DNA of 64,000 nucleotides from an uncultured delta proteobacterium (GTDB taxonomy: Bacteria > Desulfobacterota > Desulfobacteria > Desulfobacterales > JAHEIW01), in the NCBI GenBank assembly GCA_963706575.1, contig CAVPNL010000008.1, positions 295,987 through 359,986 of the forward strand, given 5' to 3'. Numbering within the stretch: the stretch's first letter is position 1; every line of letters begins with the position of its first letter. Below are positions 60,922 to 64,000 of the stretch, piece after piece. The translations under genes and the position numbers were made by a program. Under the pieces are notes generated by a model. That model saw only the letters and a list, made by a program, of their open reading frames with translations, searched no databases and was not told the DNA's origin.

Positions 60922-61488
60922 ATGGAAACAAAGCTATTTGTTGGAGTTGATGTCAGCAAAGACAGTTTAGACGTTGCTATTGGCCCGCAAAAAGACATCA
61001 TCACAAACGCAATAAAAAGGACATCGAGGATCATATCCGATGGCTTAAAAAACGCCTTGATAAAATCGAAACCGATATTGGTAAAATGATCCAAAGCAGC
61101 CCGATTTGGCGCTGTAAGGACGATATTTTGCAAAGCGTACCGGGCATTGGGCCCGTTACATCGGCCAGCTTAATCTGCGATCTTCCGGAGTTAGGTGTTT
61201 TGAGTCCGAAAAAGATTGCCATGTTGGCCGGTCTTGCGCCGTTAAATTGCGATAGCGGAAAATACAAGGGACGCCGCAGAATATGGGGAGGCCGTGCTTG
61301 TGTTCGCTCTGGTTTGTACATGGCAACGATGGCAGCGATCCGATGTAATCCGGCCATTAAGGGGTTCTATCAACGGCTGATTGCTGCCGGTAAATGTCAT
61401 AAGGTTGCGGCCACCGCCTGCATGCGGAAATTGTTGATAATCGTCAAATGCGATGCTTCGCGACCAAACGCTCTGGCAGCAAAATTAA
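60922..61488 (+). pseudogene. IS110 transposase pseudogene (most of the DEDD domain deleted, frameshifts)
   Basis: After ~28 codons it jumps to coiled-coil DIEDHIRWLKKRLDKIE in another frame; extra A near 61447 before NAMLRDQTLWQQN*. Confidence 0.85.
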
Positions 61489-61686
61489 TACTTGACTCCA
61501 AACACGGTTGCTCCAACTATATCAAAGGTTTTTGGGGACATAAAAATGTTGTGATATTCTAGGATATCTGTAATTTTGGCAAAATACAGATTATCTCACC
61601 TGTAACATTGTTTCTACTGTTTTTAGAATAGGGAATTATATTTACCATAGGCTATAAGTCTATTTCTATTTATGTAAGGAGTAGTC

Positions 61687-62520
61687 ATGAAGTTGTCAGT
61701 CATTACAGGGGCTTCAAGTGGAATCGGCGCTGCAACAGCGCGTCGAATGGCGGCCGATGGGTACAAGGTAGTACTTGTAGCACGCGGACGATCCAAAATT
61801 GACGAAGTTGCAGCGGAGATAGGCAAAAACGCTGTGGCCGAACCCTGTGATGCCAGCGACGGAGACGCTGTGCTATCGCTTGCCGAGCGTGTGCGCGACG
61901 AATTCGGAGTACCGGACGTAATAGTCAACTCCGCAGGGGCCGGTCAGTGGAAGCTGATAGAGGAGACCACGCCGGCTGAGGGGGTGACGATGATGGAGGC
62001 ACCATATTTTGCTGCCTTCAACATCACCCATGGTTTCATGCGTGACATGCTTGAACGAAATCGTGGCGTTATCATCCATGTCAGTTCACCTGTGTCGATC
62101 TTCACGTGGCCATCTTGCACTGGATACGCGGCGGCACGTTGGGCTCTGACGAGGGTTGCATGAGTCGTTGTGCGACGACCTTTATGATACAGGGGTGCGA
62201 AGCTGTCATGTAGTGTTCGGCAAGGCGTCAGAAGCTCTTACTTTGACAACAACCCAGGCGTAGAGGACAAATTGCCAGGCATCGCCAAAACGGTGCGAAC
62301 CATATCACCCGAGGAGTGTGCCAACGTTATCGCGAACGCAGCAATAAGACCGCGACGTCAGGTGGTGTATCCGATCATGCTACGGATTTACGTTTGGAGC
62401 TACGCTTTGTTCCCGTGGTTAACACGATGGCTGTTACGGACCACTGGGGCCAAGCGTCAAATTCAAACGCCATCGTCTTACGACCTTAGGAGCTGTAAAA
62501 CAAGGCCATACAATGGATGA
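61687..62520 (+). pseudogene. SDR family oxidoreductase with two frameshifts (~62149, ~62228)
   Basis: ITGASSGIG, VNSAG, YAAAR; continues RGLHESLCDDLYDTGV and SYFDNNPG in shifted frames. Confidence 0.8.
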
Positions 62521-62712
62521 TTGACGGTCTTAATAGGCTGTACTAACTCCAACTTATCAAAAGCTTTTAAGGTTATTAAGAGGTTCTGATTTTTTGGCAT
62601 ATCACAAATTTCCCGGGTTAGTGATATTCTCAATCAGTAATTCTCTTCTAATATCTAATACTCAGGAATTATTTCCACTCATTTAATAGTTTAGAGCAAA
62701 GGAAAACAGGTC

Positions 62713-63651
62713 GTGAAAGTACCAATAAACAACACTGTGATAGAAGTTAGACTAAAATGCAAACCCACTAATAGACATGTTGTTTTTTTGACCAGTTGTT
62801 TGGTGATTCTGTTTCTGATCTTTGGAGTGATACGAGCGGAAGCAAAATGGCCGCGAGTCGTCCCTTCCAAAGATGGCATCCCTATTTCTTTTGAGGTCTA
62901 CGGTGCCGGAGAACCGACTTTAGTATTCGTGCATGGTTGGAGCTGCGATGCTCGTTACTGGCGTGCTCAAGTGCCACATTTCTCAAAAAGTCATCGCGTT
63001 GTTACACTTGACCTTGCAGGTCACGGTCATTCGGGTACGAAACGTTTGCAGTATTCCATGTTGGCTTTTGGAGAGGATGTGCGAGTGGTGACAGAATCAA
63101 CTGGTAGTCGTCGAGTCATTCTGATAGGGCATTCCATGGGCGGCTCGGTGATTGCAGAGGCTGCCCGACTCATGCCGAGCCGTGTCATAGGGCTAATTGG
63201 TATAGATACACTTGAAAACATAGAATACCCGATGACTCGTGAAGAGTTCAAAAAAATGATCGCTCCTTTGGAAAAAGATTTTCGAACCGGAAGTCGGCAA
63301 TTCGTTGAGGAAATGATTTCACCCCAAACCGATCCGCAGATTCGCGAGTGGATTCTCTCAGATATGTCAGCTGCGCCACCTGCTGTCGCCTTAAGTGCAA
63401 TGAACAACATGATGTCACAGTACATTACTGGGGAAGCGGCCAAAATATTTGATGAAATTCGCATTCCAGTCATAACCGTGAACGGAGATATGTGGCCCAT
63501 TAACTATGAAGCCAATCGCCGACATATGTCTTTTTTTGAGGCCATTATCCTAAAAGGAGCGGATCATTTCCTTATGCTTGATCGTCCAAAAGAATTCAAT
63601 CAAGCTTTAGAGAAAGCAATACTTACGATATTAAAATATAAGACTAAATAG
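62713..63651 (+). CDS. Secreted alpha/beta hydrolase
   Basis: FVHGWSCD, DLAGHG.S, GHSMGG, HFLML. Confidence 0.9.
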   Translation: MKVPINNTVIEVRLKCKPTNRHVVFLTSCLVILFLIFGVIRAEAKWPRVVPSKDGIPISFEVYGAGEPTLVFVHGWSCDARYWRAQVPHFSKSHRVVTLDLAGHGHSGTKRLQYSMLAFGEDVRVVTESTGSRRVILIGHSMGGSVIAEAARLMPSRVIGLIGIDTLENIEYPMTREEFKKMIAPLEKDFRTGSRQFVEEMISPQTDPQIREWILSDMSAAPPAVALSAMNNMMSQYITGEAAKIFDEIRIPVITVNGDMWPINYEANRRHMSFFEAIILKGADHFLMLDRPKEFNQALEKAILTILKYKTK

Positions 63652-64000
63652 CATCTCCATGCAGCACTTTTGAAAGTTGGGCATAAGTGGTGTATGGTCT
63701 CAAACAAGTGTATACGCCAAATTCCAAAACAATAATGGCTTTCGTTCTAAGTGATGCCTACCGTTATGATTTCAAATATCCAACAAAGTACAAATATCAG
63801 GCTGCTAAATTTTTTGTGATATTCGATTTTAATCACAACTCAGAAGGATGAATCCGGGCTTATGGATTTGCCCTTTTTATTGCCCTAAAGTCGCATTTTT
63901 CGGGCTTATGGTTTGACACCAGATCAAAAAATACGATACGGTTCAGATATCCATTTGGTACCTGAAAAATTGCGATATTTGGGTTTCTCTCAATATATCT

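Larger units (their letters stand above)
60766..61512 (+). mobile_element. Degenerate IS110-family (IS621-like) element bounded by CT cores
   Basis: Transposase N-terminus FVGVDVSKDSLDVA (60922), internal deletion at ~61005, Tnp20 part SVPGIGP..GLAP..DSGK..G.RRIWGGR; CT at 60766-67 and 61511-12. Confidence 0.85.
58838..63838 (+). repeat. Dispersed intergenic repeat family: copies at ~58838-58945, 59446-59493 (degenerate), 61511-61575, 62547-62645, 63814-63838 (partial)
   Basis: TCCARCT..TCAAARG.TTTT..GG..AT..TTGTGATATTC block and ATATCACA-N14-GTGATATTCTCAA block recur downstream of successive genes. Confidence 0.7.

Noticed and set aside
58775..63900. Classical integron attC cassettes or pdif modules
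   Set aside because: No RYYYAAC/GTTRRRY-bounded hairpins, no XerC/D 11-6-11 dif consensus and no intI in the window; kept only as an analogy

Overview
Bacterial chromosomal window, most likely from a sulfate-reducing Desulfobacterales-type organism. The lineage is inferred from gene content and protein style, not from a marker search. About 60 CDS are present: miaB, ileS, lspA, holA, ugd, rfbA, mscL, signalling proteins, a Liv-type ABC transporter operon with embedded CoA ligases, split aconitase X, an arginine-synthetase-like gene next to carbamate kinase, and many accessory enzymes. Several features are missed by the ORF track. (1) Two selenoprotein genes are split at in-frame UGA codons with SECIS-like hairpins: PrdB/GrdB-like UPIC and peroxiredoxin-like UPYC. 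(2) A chelatase gene has an A10 run that would join its AAA and VWA domains by a -1 frameshift. (3) A near-consensus sigma70 promoter with tandem NrdR-like boxes and DnaA-box-like 10-mers precedes a lone receiver gene. (4) About 19 intergenic nested palindromes are built from 7-9 nt units. (5) An AT-rich accessory tail (58-64 kb) has a recurring ~50-100 bp element (TCCAACT..TCAAAGG..GTGATATTC; ATATCACA-N14-GTGATATTC) after its genes. (6) A deleted IS110 element sits at the start of one of these repeat copies; its left end folds as a bridge RNA whose guides match its own right end and its insertion site. No rRNA, tRNA or CRISPR array was recognised.
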